Part shown: piece by piece, positions 26,907 to 39,427 of the stretch | Numbering within the stretch: the stretch's first letter is position 1 | How the letters are laid out: each line of letters begins with the position of its first letter | Origin: Candidatus Calditenuaceae archaeon HR02 | GTDB taxonomy: Archaea > Thermoproteota > Nitrososphaeria_A > Caldarchaeales > Calditenuaceae | DNA: 64,000 nucleotides | Direction: 5' to 3' | NCBI GenBank assembly: GCA_002898395.1 | Contig: BEHE01000008.1 | Span: 1 to 64,000, forward strand | Position numbers and translations under genes: made by a program | Notes under the pieces: generated by a model | Database searches by the model: none | What the model saw: only the letters and a program-made list of their open reading frames with translations | Told to the model about the DNA's origin: nothing

Positions 26907-28257
26907 TCGTCTTTAACACCTCTCTGATGGCCTCTTCCACCATCTGGGTGAGCCTATTGAGACCATCAGGCGTTGTTGACTCGGCCGTATACTTTACCTG
27001 GGGCATCGTGTTGGAGGGTCTGACGAGCACCCAGCCATCCTGGAAGAAGGCCTTGACGCCGTCGATGTCTATGATCCTCAGGGCCTTGGGGCGTAGCATC
27101 TTCGCCACCTTTTCGACGACCTCTTGCTTCAGCTCGTCTGGAACCTCAACCACTTTGATGCTGGATGCATAGTATCTTGGAAGACTATCTACAAGCTCTG
27201 ATAGGGGTTGGTCAAGCCTCGAGACGAGCTCAGCCATCTTAGCTACGGCGTAGAGGCCGTCGTCAAATCCGTGGAGTTCTGAGAAATATATATGATTGCT
27301 CTTTTCACCGCCTATAATAGCTCCAACCTCCCTGACCTTGCTGAGCATGAAGGCTCGGCCAGTCCTGCTCAGAACCGGCTCGAACCCAAGCTTCCTACTT
27401 ACCTCTTCTACAACGGAGCTGCAGCTCACGTCATAGACTATCTTACCCTTCCTATCTAGCCCGTGGAGGAAGACAGCTAGTGTGAGGTCGCCCTCAAGAA
27501 ACCTGCCCCTCTCGTCTAGAAATACTGAGCGGTCGGCGTCGCCGTCTAGTCCAGCCCCCAGATCCGCATCTCCACGCCTCATGGAATCCGCGAGTTGTTT
27601 GAGGGTCTCGGGTGTCGGCTCCGGCGGATGCGCTGGAAAACGGCCATCAAGCGCCTCGTTAAGGGACGTCAAGTCGCATCCTATGTCTCTCAGGAGCTTT
27701 GGCCCGATGATTCCTCCCGCGCCGTTCGAGAAGTCCACAAACAACTTAACCCTCCTGCGGAGCCTCACAAGACCTCTAACCCTCTCGACATAATGTGTTG
27801 TGATGTCGACCAGCTCTGCCTTGGCTTTCCGGGGCCGATCTACCCTAACCTCTTCGAAGAATATCTTCTTGAGCGTGCTCATACCCCGCACCTCTGATAC
27901 AGTCTCGCCATCACCCAGCACGAGCTTGAAGCCATTCCAATCGGGTGGATTATGACTTGCCGTGACCTGCACCCCACCACTGTAGCCCAGCTCAACAACG
28001 CCAAAGTATAGGACAGGTGTGGGAACAATGCCTGCGTCCTCTACCTCAACACCTCCATCGAGAAGGCCTGCAATCAGTGCCTGGGAGAGGCTTGGGCCGC
28101 TGAGCCTGACATCCCTCCCGACTAGGACCCTGCCCTCACCACCCAACATCTTCGCAAAGGATAGGCCCACGCGATAAGCTATTGCCTCGTCAAGCTCTGC
28201 CGGATACCTCCCACGAATGTCGTATGCCCTGAAGATCGCCTGGCTCACTTCTCTCAA
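26899..28257 (-). CDS. Phosphomannomutase/phosphoglucomutase
   Basis: FRAYDIRG, TASHNP, DGDADR, GEKSNH and VRPSNT. Confidence 0.95.
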   Translation of the reverse strand: MREVSQAIFRAYDIRGRYPAELDEAIAYRVGLSFAKMLGGEGRVLVGRDVRLSGPSLSQALIAGLLDGGVEVEDAGIVPTPVLYFGVVELGYSGGVQVTASHNPPDWNGFKLVLGDGETVSEVRGMSTLKKIFFEEVRVDRPRKAKAELVDITTHYVERVRGLVRLRRRVKLFVDFSNGAGGIIGPKLLRDIGCDLTSLNEALDGRFPAHPPEPTPETLKQLADSMRRGDADLGAGLDGDADRSVFLDERGRFLEGDLTLAVFLHGLDRKGKIVYDVSCSSVVEEVSRKLGFEPVLSRTGRAFMLSKVREVGAIIGGEKSNHIYFSELHGFDDGLYAVAKMAELVSRLDQPLSELVDSLPRYYASSIKVVEVPDELKQEVVEKVAKMLRPKALRIIDIDGVKAFFQDGWVLVRPSNTMPQVKYTAESTTPDGLNRLTQMVEEAIREVLKTSV

Positions 28258-28279
28258 TCTATTTTACCTGCGGCCTCCT

Positions 28280-28948
28280 TCAGATATATGTAAACCTTAC
28301 CCCAACCCTATCTGAGTTGTATTGCCTATTCAGTCTTATCAGGAGCACCGTCAGCCTCTCGGTGATCCTCGAGTATTTCAGACCACCAGCGTACAGTGGC
28401 CGAACACCCTTAATCAGTGATAGGACTTCCATGACCTCCCTAGATGCCTCCTTCTCGCCACAGACCACAACGTCGCAGTCAACAGGGCTGTCCAGATCCT
28501 CCAGCGCATTGGCCGGAATGTAGGTCAACGCCGACACAACCTTCACACCATCGCCCAAGATTGCTTGGAGAGCCTCAGCCGCTGAACCGCTGGAGGGCTC
28601 CAGATACTCGGGCCCACCGCCGAGGTCTGATTCCAAGGGAACAACGCAGGAAACAGCTATGGAACCCGTCTTCATTACATGTTTGACGTTTTTAGCGAGC
28701 TGGAATAGGCCGGGGAACGGGACGGCGAAGAAAACTAGGTCAGCCTTTGCAGCCGACGCCTCGTTTAGATCGCCCACCGCGAATACTCCGCCAATAATTC
28801 TGTTCACCTCCTCCGCGACCCTCGCCGCTCTCTCAGCATCCCGTGAGCCTATTATCACTCTTCGCCCAGCCTTTGTGAGCCTTAAAGCTAGGGCTCTCCC
28901 AAGCCCCGCTGTGCCACCAAGAATAGCTATAAATCTCTCGCCAATCAT
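28280..28948 (-). CDS. npdG: NADPH-dependent F420 reductase
   Basis: ILGGTAGLGRALALRL, IGSR, AVPF, SAAE and LLIRLNRQY. Confidence 0.88.
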   Translation of the reverse strand: MIGERFIAILGGTAGLGRALALRLTKAGRRVIIGSRDAERAARVAEEVNRIIGGVFAVGDLNEASAAKADLVFFAVPFPGLFQLAKNVKHVMKTGSIAVSCVVPLESDLGGGPEYLEPSSGSAAEALQAILGDGVKVVSALTYIPANALEDLDSPVDCDVVVCGEKEASREVMEVLSLIKGVRPLYAGGLKYSRITERLTVLLIRLNRQYNSDRVGVRFTYI

Positions 28949-29604
28949 TGCTGAGAACCAATCCCGAGGGAGGAGAGGATCTGCTGCACCTCCTCTTCTG
29001 GGAGTTGGACGACTTCAACCGACCCCCTCATCCACGGGTGTGGAATACAGAAGTATTGATACGTGCCTGGTTCTCTGAAGGAGTAGCTCCAGTTTTGCCC
29101 TGGCGCGAAAAGCCCCGAGTCGAATAGCCTGTTGACATGTGTGACCGTGTGGGAGACATCTATGTTCTCTTTATTGATCCAGACTACAGTGTGGTTTACG
29201 TTTAACACGACCGCGATGTGCTTTGGCACGAAATTATCAGGCTGAGTAGGGTCCCAGGAGCCGGGGATAATATTCACTATGACCTTGATAGGGGACTCCC
29301 TGAACTCCTCCTTAACCTTCCAAAGCTTGAAAGGCCCGGAATATGTGACCGCGGAGACCGTGAGGCCTGCCGTGGAAACGAAGACTACTAGGCCGATGCT
29401 CACAATGTGTATTGGTTTAACGTTTGGAAAACCGCCCCGTGCAAGCCCGCCCGCAAAGATTATGACCCCCATGAAAAGTAGTAGGGCTGATAGGGCCTGC
29501 AGCCCCAGCTCGAAGGTGTGGGAAATCCCTGAATACGTCAGGAATATGCCTGCTACTCCTAGAAGAATCATTACCACGCCTATCCACGTGGAGGTCGAGT
29601 CCAT
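28945..29604 (-). CDS. Membrane-anchored type-1 blue copper (plastocyanin/azurin-like) protein
   Basis: Three N-terminal TM helices; SHTVT...YFCIPHPWM supplies the His/Cys/His/Met ligands. Confidence 0.88.
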   Translation of the reverse strand: MDSTSTWIGVVMILLGVAGIFLTYSGISHTFELGLQALSALLLFMGVIIFAGGLARGGFPNVKPIHIVSIGLVVFVSTAGLTVSAVTYSGPFKLWKVKEEFRESPIKVIVNIIPGSWDPTQPDNFVPKHIAVVLNVNHTVVWINKENIDVSHTVTHVNRLFDSGLFAPGQNWSYSFREPGTYQYFCIPHPWMRGSVEVVQLPEEEVQQILSSLGIGSQQ

Positions 29605-29648
29605 CTAAAATCCAACTCCAAAGCCCCTTATTTAACCTGAGTCGCCGC

Positions 29649-31820
<2,172 letters not shown>

Positions 31821-31921
31821 CTAACAATTAGGAAGCCACCAACGATAAATTCTTTACCTTACTATCCACTCAGAATCAATAAAACTTAATATTTAGATTT
31901 ATCAATGAAAACAGTGCCGAA

Positions 31922-32368
31922 ATGAGGGGTGGGAGCCGGGCTGGACACCCTGTATCTAATTCAAAGGGCCTTGGCAGGCACCTGATCGTAGAGTTATTTG
32001 GATGTGATCCCGGCATTTTGAGCGATCCTAATCTGCTAGATGAGATACTGACCGAGGCGGCACTCTATAGCGGCGCCACAATAGTGGGGAGGTATCGTGA
32101 GAAATTCGGCGGGGGCGGGGGGGTTTCAGCAATTGTTGTTATCAAGGAGAGTCATATATCGATACATACGTGGCCGGAGCTTGGCTATGCGGCGCTCGAC
32201 ATCTATACATGTGGGGAGAGCGTAGACCCGTGGAAAGCCTATGAATTTATTGTAGGGAAGCTTGAACCGGCAAACGTGGGAGCCTTTGAGATAATACGCG
32301 GACTAAATGTTGAGAGGTATATGAGAATGAGTCTTCAAGCCCAAGAAGAGAAGATTAGAGGTGGATAA
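31922..32368 (+). CDS. speD: Pyruvoyl S-adenosylmethionine decarboxylase proenzyme
   Basis: IKESHISIHTWPE and DIYTCG; overlaps speE. Confidence 0.88.
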   Translation: MRGGSRAGHPVSNSKGLGRHLIVELFGCDPGILSDPNLLDEILTEAALYSGATIVGRYREKFGGGGGVSAIVVIKESHISIHTWPELGYAALDIYTCGESVDPWKAYEFIVGKLEPANVGAFEIIRGLNVERYMRMSLQAQEEKIRGG

Positions 32369-33272
32369 GCTGGCCTACTGGTATACAGAGTGGATCTCTG
32401 AAGGAGTAGTCGAGTCGTTTAGGATTATTAGGCCAATTTACCAGGGTAGGACGAACTATCAGAGGCTCGAGATACTAGAAACAGAGCCCTACGGCACATG
32501 CCTACTCCTAGACGGCAAGATGCAGTCTGCCCTCTTAGATGAGCACATCTACCACGAAACGCTCGTCCACCCGGCTATGTGCCTGAGCGAAGAGCCTAGG
32601 CGCGTAGTCATCATAGGAGGTGGGGAGGGAGCAACCCTGCGGGAGGTTCTCAGATGGCAGACTGTTGAGGAGGTGTTCTTAATAGATTTAGATAGAGAGG
32701 TTGTCGAGCTTTGCCAGAAGTATTTACCCCAGCTCTCCTCTGGAGCTTTTAATGACTCGCGGCTGAGGTTGTTTTTTGAGGATGGGAGGAGATGGGTGGC
32801 TGAGAAGCTGGAGGGGAGCGTGGATGTTTTTATAGTTGATGTTACTGACCCCCTAGAGCGCGGCCCATCCTACCTCCTCTACACCTCAGAGTTTTACTCG
32901 CTCCTGTACTCAAAACTCTCAGAGAACGGGGTGGTAGCCACACACGCCACGTCCCCAACCCACACGCCTCTCGCATATCAGTCCATTAAGAAGACGATGC
33001 AGCACGTCTTTTCTCGCGTCTCAGAGTTGGCTACCTTTATCATATCATTCTCATCCGTTTGGGGTTTCCTCTATGGCTCTAAGAGGAGAGTCCTAGAGTC
33101 GATTAGGGGGGTAGATGTCGATAGAATTCTTAGAGGAGCTGGAGTGAGGGGTCTAAAGTTTTATAGAGGTGCCACACACGAGGCCCTGCTAGAATTGACG
33201 AGACACTATGTGGGGCTTAGGAGCGTGGAGCCGCGTTTAATCAAGGACTCTGAACCATTATTCATTGTTTGA
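32361..33272 (+). CDS. speE: Polyamine aminopropyltransferase
   Basis: LLLDGKMQS, YHETLVHP, IIGGGEGATLRE and DVTDP. Confidence 0.93.
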   Translation: MDKLAYWYTEWISEGVVESFRIIRPIYQGRTNYQRLEILETEPYGTCLLLDGKMQSALLDEHIYHETLVHPAMCLSEEPRRVVIIGGGEGATLREVLRWQTVEEVFLIDLDREVVELCQKYLPQLSSGAFNDSRLRLFFEDGRRWVAEKLEGSVDVFIVDVTDPLERGPSYLLYTSEFYSLLYSKLSENGVVATHATSPTHTPLAYQSIKKTMQHVFSRVSELATFIISFSSVWGFLYGSKRRVLESIRGVDVDRILRGAGVRGLKFYRGATHEALLELTRHYVGLRSVEPRLIKDSEPLFIV

Positions 33273-33693
33273 TGCCGAGGACCCGGGTAATTACTTTCCA
33301 GGCGGTAGGTGTAATGTCATAGTTTCTTAGGTCATTTGTCTGGACCCATCTCGCATCCTCTGCATCTGATCCCGGCTTCAAATCTCCTCTAAGATACTTG
33401 CCGGCAAAGCAGACGACTACATAGTGGTATAGTAGCTGGCCTCCCTCTCTATAAAAGACGTCTACGACGTCTAAGACCTGACCCACTTCTATTAGGACGC
33501 CTGTCTCCTCTAACACTTCCCTCACAACAGCATTTCTAATTGGCTCCTCCCACCGGACTGCGCCACCCGGAAGGGACCATTTCCCCCGGGCCGGCATCCT
33601 TCCACGCTTCACTAACAGCACTGCCCCCTCTCTCTCTACGAGCGCGCTAGCGGCAGCGACGGCTCGCCTCTCCTCAAACACCCCCTCTACCAC
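33262..33693 (-). CDS. NUDIX hydrolase (ADP-ribose pyrophosphatase-like)
   Basis: LPGGAVRWEEPIRNAVVREVLEETGV Nudix box. Confidence 0.92.
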   Translation of the reverse strand: MVEGVFEERRAVAAASALVEREGAVLLVKRGRMPARGKWSLPGGAVRWEEPIRNAVVREVLEETGVLIEVGQVLDVVDVFYREGGQLLYHYVVVCFAGKYLRGDLKPGSDAEDARWVQTNDLRNYDITPTAWKVITRVLGIKQ

Positions 33694-33784
33694 CCCCTTA
33701 GCTAGCTCTAGGACGGTAGGTAAGGTTTTAGGAAAGGGATAAAAATGGAGCTATGTACAGTTTGGGCCTTGCACCACGGCTTTA

Positions 33785-34402
33785 TCAGACCGTCTTCGTC
33801 TCGGAGCCCGCCTCGCTTACCTTGAGGGTCTCCGGGATCTCTGGGAAGGCTGTCTTCATTCTCTGTGCCGCAATCTCCGCCGCTTCTTGGAGTATCTTTT
33901 GAGCTTCGCCATCGCTTACTGAGACGCTTGTTATGGAGCCTGTGACGGAGCCGGCCTCAATTATTAACCCCTCGAGCATTTCGTCCACATATCGTAGATT
34001 CTCCGCAACCTCGGGCACAACCCCTGCCAGATCTGACTGGACATGCTTTATAATGGCGGTGGCTGGGCCAAGGACATGCATTACATCACCAAACTCCTTT
34101 ACGGTCTCAAGCCTCAGGATGACCTTTTCAAGCGAGAGCTGACTCCGGACAACAACTCGAGACATCTTCCGAAGCTGAGCTATCTCGTTAGCATAGATTG
34201 TGGCGCGACCCGTGTCTCCCTCCTGCTGCGCCCTAACGCACTGCTCGAATAACTCCTTGCCCCTTGACACAAGCCTCTGAGCCGTCCTGTTCAGCTTTTC
34301 AGACTGAATCTTCAGGGCAGTGACTATCTCTAGGTATCTGCTATCTGAGGCGACTATCCCTCGACCGTGTCCGGCATCTCTCTTGAAGGGGTTTTTCAAC
34401 AT
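33785..34402 (-). CDS. cdvB: ESCRT-III/Snf7 family protein (CdvB paralog)
   Basis: RATIYANEIAQLRK, LSLEKVILRLETVKEFGD and EAQKILQEA; no C-terminal winged helix. Confidence 0.88.
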   Translation of the reverse strand: MLKNPFKRDAGHGRGIVASDSRYLEIVTALKIQSEKLNRTAQRLVSRGKELFEQCVRAQQEGDTGRATIYANEIAQLRKMSRVVVRSQLSLEKVILRLETVKEFGDVMHVLGPATAIIKHVQSDLAGVVPEVAENLRYVDEMLEGLIIEAGSVTGSITSVSVSDGEAQKILQEAAEIAAQRMKTAFPEIPETLKVSEAGSETKTV

Positions 34403-34549
34403 GTATCAACTGGCAAACTACTTCTGTATTGTATTTAGGTTTCGTCGGGGCCCTGACTCGAAGACTATGGGCGCAATACTCTGGAATTCCTCCACTAGTC
34501 CCCAAGTAATCTTAATTAGAGCAGACCCGCTAGATTCGTTGTCAGGACT

Positions 34550-35161
34550 TTGACCGCCACAGCGATAGTTTTGACCGATTTCTCTGGGATAGGCGGGGTC
34601 CAGAGAGGGCTGTACAAGATCCTTGATAAGCCTATGATCGAGTATGTATTAGATGCCCTACCGGACGAGGTGGATGAATTGGTGATCTCGGTAAGGGATG
34701 AGGCGGAAAAAGAGGCTTACTCTGAGACGGCCGAGAAGTATATGGCGCGGATACATGTTAGCGGGGCGGGACTCGGGGGTGCGCTGAAATCCTACATGCC
34801 CCTCTCAGAGTCTGACAGGTTTCTCATACTGCCCTGCGACGCACCTCTTATCAGCCAAGAATTCGCAACATTTATCCTAGAGTCTTGCAGGAAATTCTCA
34901 GCTACAATACTGAGAGACGCCGCGGGGAGGGCTGACTACCTCTTCTCAGCCTATAGGAAGACGCCGTTTCTAGAGGCATGCGGCGCCACTGGGAGCGAGG
35001 AGATCGATGAGATAACCCGGCACATGAAGAACGTCCTATACATATACATAGGAGCCCTAAAGATCTTCGACCAGAAAATGAATATCCTCTTCAGAGTTGC
35101 GAACAGCTCCGACGCCAAGAGAGCCGAGAGGATAATCAGGGGTAAAATGAAAAGATTGTAG
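34550..35161 (+). CDS. MobA-like NTP transferase domain protein (divergent)
   Basis: KPMIEYVLD, ILPCDAPLI and FRVANSSD; the N-terminal LAGG loop is altered. Confidence 0.7.
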   Translation: MTATAIVLTDFSGIGGVQRGLYKILDKPMIEYVLDALPDEVDELVISVRDEAEKEAYSETAEKYMARIHVSGAGLGGALKSYMPLSESDRFLILPCDAPLISQEFATFILESCRKFSATILRDAAGRADYLFSAYRKTPFLEACGATGSEEIDEITRHMKNVLYIYIGALKIFDQKMNILFRVANSSDAKRAERIIRGKMKRL

Positions 35162-35225
35162 TTTACCACTCGATTTAGTTTGGGGGGAGAGCGTTTTAAA
35201 TAAGGGCTCTCCAGCTGGATTAGGC

Positions 35226-36704
35226 GTGGACAGAGCCTACGACGTTATAGTTGTAGGTGGAGGAGTTGCGGGTGCTCACACGGCCATGGCCGTGGCGCGT
35301 TTCTCTAACGGCCAGCTGAGAATACTCTTGATCGATAGAAACGATTCAAAAGAGTTTGGGAAGAAAACTCGGACAGGCTGGTCATGTGGGGATGCTGTCA
35401 GTAAAAAAAGCCTAGACTACGCATGTAGTAATCTTGGAATCTCTTATGGCTTTCCGGAGGTCGAGCATAAGGTAGAAGGCGTCCTAGTTTACTCGCCTGA
35501 CCACGAGTCAAAAGTCTTGTTCGATGGTGAGGGCTACATTCTGAATAGGCGAGTCTGGGCCGCCCGCCAGCTCGAGTATCTCGAGAAGTTCGGCGTAGAG
35601 GTGAGGCACGGTCTAGACGCCCAAACATTGATAGCCGACAACGGATATGTCAGGGGGGTTAAATGTAAAGACTTAGGCAGTGGGGAGGAGTTGAATTTCT
35701 ATGCGAAAGTGGTGGTGGATGCGTCCGGTTCTGCCTCAAAGCTCCGCTCAAACCTCCCCATCCCCAGCTTCATCGAGAGGGAGATAGACAAGGAAAACGA
35801 CATCATAGGTACTGGAAGGTACATTGTGGAGTTTGAGCATGGCGAGGAGGACGAGACATGGTTCAACACCCGCTACTGCATTATACACCTAGACCAAGTC
35901 CTAGCGCCCGGCGGCTACTCATGGGTCTTCCCTAAAGGGGAGAATAAAGCCAACATAGGCCTCGGCGTGCTGAGACGCCTACTCAACAGGAGAAACGCCT
36001 CCCTTGGCGTCAATGAGGGCCTCCCAGACCTGATAGAGAAGTACCTGAGTTTGAACCGAGCCGTGAAGAATCCGAGACCCTCCTCCTCACCCCTAGACGC
36101 GAACAACACCTTCAACATTTGGCAGGTCCCTGTGAGACGTCAGAATGACTGTCTCGTAGCCAATGGCTTTGCGATAGTGGGTGACGCCGCGTGGATGCCT
36201 AGGCCGATTGACGCCGGCGGGATTGGGCCTGCTCTTGAGGCGAGTATTATTTTGGGGCGGTGCGTCACCGAGGCCATCGAGTCTGGGGATGTCAGCCAGA
36301 AGGGGCTCTGGAGATATAACGTTGAATACGTGAGGAGGCGCGGCTACCAAATGGCTAGTTTTGAGGTGCTTAGACGCTATCTCCAAGGGCTCACAAACGA
36401 GAGGATTAGCTTCGGCATGAAGCACTTCCTCTCACAGGAGGACGTGGAGAGCATTAAGAAGCGTGAGCATCCACGGTTCCCGCTCCTCACCAGTCTGACC
36501 CGGTACCTATTCGACGGAGAGTTGAGGAGGAGGATAAGGGAGGACCCAGCCCTCGCGAAGGGGCTGAGGCTGACGGCGGAGAAGAGTAGGCGCCTGATAG
36601 CCCTTTACGAGAAGTATCCGGAGGATCCCAGCGGTTTCGAGGAGTGGCACCGCCGTTTCCTAGCCGAGCTCCGTGACGCCTATTCTAGGTTATCTCCTCA
36701 ATAG
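35226..36704 (+). CDS. Geranylgeranyl reductase family FAD oxidoreductase (DGGGPL reductase-like)
   Basis: GGGVAG, CGDA, VVDASG, GYSWVFP, VGDAA and PIDAGGI. Confidence 0.88.
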   Translation: MDRAYDVIVVGGGVAGAHTAMAVARFSNGQLRILLIDRNDSKEFGKKTRTGWSCGDAVSKKSLDYACSNLGISYGFPEVEHKVEGVLVYSPDHESKVLFDGEGYILNRRVWAARQLEYLEKFGVEVRHGLDAQTLIADNGYVRGVKCKDLGSGEELNFYAKVVVDASGSASKLRSNLPIPSFIEREIDKENDIIGTGRYIVEFEHGEEDETWFNTRYCIIHLDQVLAPGGYSWVFPKGENKANIGLGVLRRLLNRRNASLGVNEGLPDLIEKYLSLNRAVKNPRPSSSPLDANNTFNIWQVPVRRQNDCLVANGFAIVGDAAWMPRPIDAGGIGPALEASIILGRCVTEAIESGDVSQKGLWRYNVEYVRRRGYQMASFEVLRRYLQGLTNERISFGMKHFLSQEDVESIKKREHPRFPLLTSLTRYLFDGELRRRIREDPALAKGLRLTAEKSRRLIALYEKYPEDPSGFEEWHRRFLAELRDAYSRLSPQ

Positions 36705-37787
36705 TGTTAGAATTGAGTTTAAGGTGTTGAGAAACCTGTTGTTCTGACCCCTTAGACCGACTGTGACTCTGAGACAGTTCTTTGTGAGCTGGCTCTGGGA
36801 AAGGTTTCTTACGACTATTCCTCGTTTCAGCAGCTCGGCATAGATTTGATTAGCGTCTAATTCTCTGAAACGGATGAGGAGGAAGTTTGCGTGTGAGGGG
36901 TGGACTTCTAATCCGTCTATACGCGAGAGTACGTTGTATATCCTTTCGCGCTCACTGACTATGTTTTTGACCGAGTGGTACATGTAGCTACGGTGTGTCA
37001 GGGCGTGGTGAGCTATCTCTATGTTTAGTGTGCCGAGGCTGTTAGGTGGTCTGGCCTTGTTGACCAACTTCACAGTCTCCTCACAGGCGAGGATGTATCC
37101 TATTCTTGCTCCAGCCAAGCCGAACGCCTTCGAGAGTGTCCTGATGACTATGAGGTTGCTAAACTTCCGGAGAAGTGGCTGCACAGAGACTTTACAGTAT
37201 TCATAGTAGGCCTCGTCTACTACTATGCAGGCCTCTGTCTCGGCGCAGAGGCGTTCGACGTCCCGTATCGTTGTTATGTTTCCGGTTGGATTATTGGGGC
37301 TGCAAAGAAAAACCATCCCTGTATTACTGTCTAGACGTGAGAGGATTCCGTCTAGGTTGTCTTGGAAATTTTCTAGGCGTGGGACCCCTACGAACCTGGC
37401 ACCCTGGAGCTCAGAGGCTATTCTGAAGTAGCTATAGGTTGGTACTGAGGCCAGGGCCGTGGTATCCTTCTCAAGAAAGACTCTCGCCACTATGTCTATC
37501 GCCTCGTCAGCACCATTTGTTGGAATTATTGCATCAGGGTCGTGGAAGGTGTATTCCGCGATAGCCTGCCTCAAGGAAGAGTAGCTAGTGTCCGGGTAGA
37601 GGTTGATCTTGGTTTTAGGGAGTTTTTTCGAGGCTGCCTTCAGCGACGCAACAGGGGGTGTGGGGGAGGTGTTGAGGTCTAGTCGAAGAATCTTGCCAGG
37701 CTTAATGCCGAGGCTAGAGGCTATCTGCTCCGTGGACGGCTCCCAGCCGTAGGGCTCGAAAACATCGAGTAAAGCCCTGTACCTCAA
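36690..37787 (-). CDS. hisC: Histidinol-phosphate aminotransferase
   Basis: YPD, NGADEAI, SPNNPTG, VDEAY and RTLSKAFGLAGARIGY. Confidence 0.92.
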   Translation of the reverse strand: MRYRALLDVFEPYGWEPSTEQIASSLGIKPGKILRLDLNTSPTPPVASLKAASKKLPKTKINLYPDTSYSSLRQAIAEYTFHDPDAIIPTNGADEAIDIVARVFLEKDTTALASVPTYSYFRIASELQGARFVGVPRLENFQDNLDGILSRLDSNTGMVFLCSPNNPTGNITTIRDVERLCAETEACIVVDEAYYEYCKVSVQPLLRKFSNLIVIRTLSKAFGLAGARIGYILACEETVKLVNKARPPNSLGTLNIEIAHHALTHRSYMYHSVKNIVSERERIYNVLSRIDGLEVHPSHANFLLIRFRELDANQIYAELLKRGIVVRNLSQSQLTKNCLRVTVGLRGQNNRFLNTLNSILTLLRR

Positions 37788-37846
37788 GACCTCCTAAGAA
37801 GATACGGTTATAGACTCGATGTCTTAAGGATTGCCTTAGGAGGAAG

Positions 37847-39142
37847 TTGGAGGGGATACTGCGGATAGGTATTGATGATACGGACTCGAAACGCACCATG
37901 TGCACCACCTATGTCGCGGCACAGGCCCTTAAGGAGCTGGAGAAGAGTGGCTATAAGCCAGCAGACCTTCCCTGGCTCGTAAGGCTCAATCCTAACTGCC
38001 CCTACAAAACCCGTGGGAACGCTGCCATCTGTATCTCAATCCGTGCCAATTCAAGCGACATATCCCAGATCGAGGAAATAGTAGTCTCAGCTGTTGAACG
38101 GTGGGCGGACCTCGAGTCTGAAGGCACAGACCCCGGAATCGTGTATGCGTGGGACGAGCAGGCCGGGCACTTGAGAGAGCTGTATTGGAGGGCTGTTCGA
38201 GAGATTATTGAGCCCGCGGAGGTTGAGCAGAGATGCTACGAACTGGGTGTCCGCTACGTGCAGATGAAGGAGGGTAGGGGAATTGTTGGGGCAGCCGCTG
38301 CCGTGGGTGCAGAACCAGACTCCTTGAAGACCTTTGAGGCTATCGCCTATCGCGTTCCTGAGATGTGGGGTAGAGAAAGGCTCGTCGACGAGCAGAGCGT
38401 GATCGAGATGGATAGAGCCCTCACACAATACACCTTTGATAACTACGACTATGAGAAGGGGGAGGTCAGGATCACTCCACACACACCATGCCCAGTGTTA
38501 GCCGGTGTCCGCGCGATAACCCCACAGCACGCGGAGAAGGGGTTAGGCATGGTGAGGTTTTACGAGCCGGTCGACTTCTATATGGTCTTCAAGACAAATC
38601 AGGCAAGCGATTTACACTACGTACCCGCCAGAATCCGCGACATGAAGCCGAACACATCATACGTCGTGAGGGGAGTAGTCTCTTCGCGCCCTAACATTAT
38701 AGCTGGTGGACATGTCTTCATCAAGGTTAGCGACGGGACCGGAGAGGTCACCCTTGCAGCCTATGAGCCGACGGGTAGTTTCAGAAGGGTTGTCCAAGGC
38801 TTGGTGGTGGGTGATGAGGTCCTAGCATATGGTGCTCTCAAGGCAAAGCCCTACGGCCTTACAATGAATCTAGAGAAGCTCGCAATAATCAGGTTGGTGA
38901 AAGCAGTATCAAAGGCCGCCCCCAAATGTAACGTTTGTGGCCGTCGGATGAAGAGCATGGGGCGGGGTAAGGGCTACAGATGTGAGAAATGTAGGATTAA
39001 GATGCCAGAGCTAAAGCCTGTTTATGTAGATGTGGGGAGAAAGATATCAGAGGGAATCTATGAAGTCAGTGTCTCAGCGCGGAGACACCTCACAGCCCCT
39101 CTGAAGCTGGAGTCACTCAGGCGACATGACAAGCATAGTTAG
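37847..39142 (+). CDS. tiaS: tRNA(Ile2) 2-agmatinylcytidine synthetase
   Basis: IGIDDTDS, LVRLNPNCPYKTRGN, TNQASD, AYEPT, C-terminal Zn ribbon and RRHL. Confidence 0.95.
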   Translation: MEGILRIGIDDTDSKRTMCTTYVAAQALKELEKSGYKPADLPWLVRLNPNCPYKTRGNAAICISIRANSSDISQIEEIVVSAVERWADLESEGTDPGIVYAWDEQAGHLRELYWRAVREIIEPAEVEQRCYELGVRYVQMKEGRGIVGAAAAVGAEPDSLKTFEAIAYRVPEMWGRERLVDEQSVIEMDRALTQYTFDNYDYEKGEVRITPHTPCPVLAGVRAITPQHAEKGLGMVRFYEPVDFYMVFKTNQASDLHYVPARIRDMKPNTSYVVRGVVSSRPNIIAGGHVFIKVSDGTGEVTLAAYEPTGSFRRVVQGLVVGDEVLAYGALKAKPYGLTMNLEKLAIIRLVKAVSKAAPKCNVCGRRMKSMGRGKGYRCEKCRIKMPELKPVYVDVGRKISEGIYEVSVSARRHLTAPLKLESLRRHDKHS

Positions 39143-39349
39143 CGTTGATCTGACCTTCTCGAGCCTCCTAATGTTCCAGGAAACAGTCTCCTTTAGCTTA
39201 TCCATCGACTCTGCCTCAACCTTGGCCACAATGTCATAGACGCCATAGACTAGGTATGCCTCTTTAACAGGTGGCATCTGCCTCAGCTGTTTCAAGACCT
39301 CCTCCTCGGCACCTATCTCGGTATTGATTAACACGTAGGCCGTCGGCAA
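39113..39349 (-). CDS. Stand-alone Lrp/AsnC ligand-binding (RAM) domain protein
   Basis: AYVLIN...VYGVYDIVAKV...VRSTLT; no HTH. Confidence 0.9.
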   Translation of the reverse strand: MPTAYVLINTEIGAEEEVLKQLRQMPPVKEAYLVYGVYDIVAKVEAESMDKLKETVSWNIRRLEKVRSTLTMLVMSPE

Positions 39350-39427
39350 TCCGAGACGTAAACTTAGCTATCCCTCATATATATCTTTTAACACATATAA
39401 TCTCGACAAAAGGTATAGGCGTCGAGG

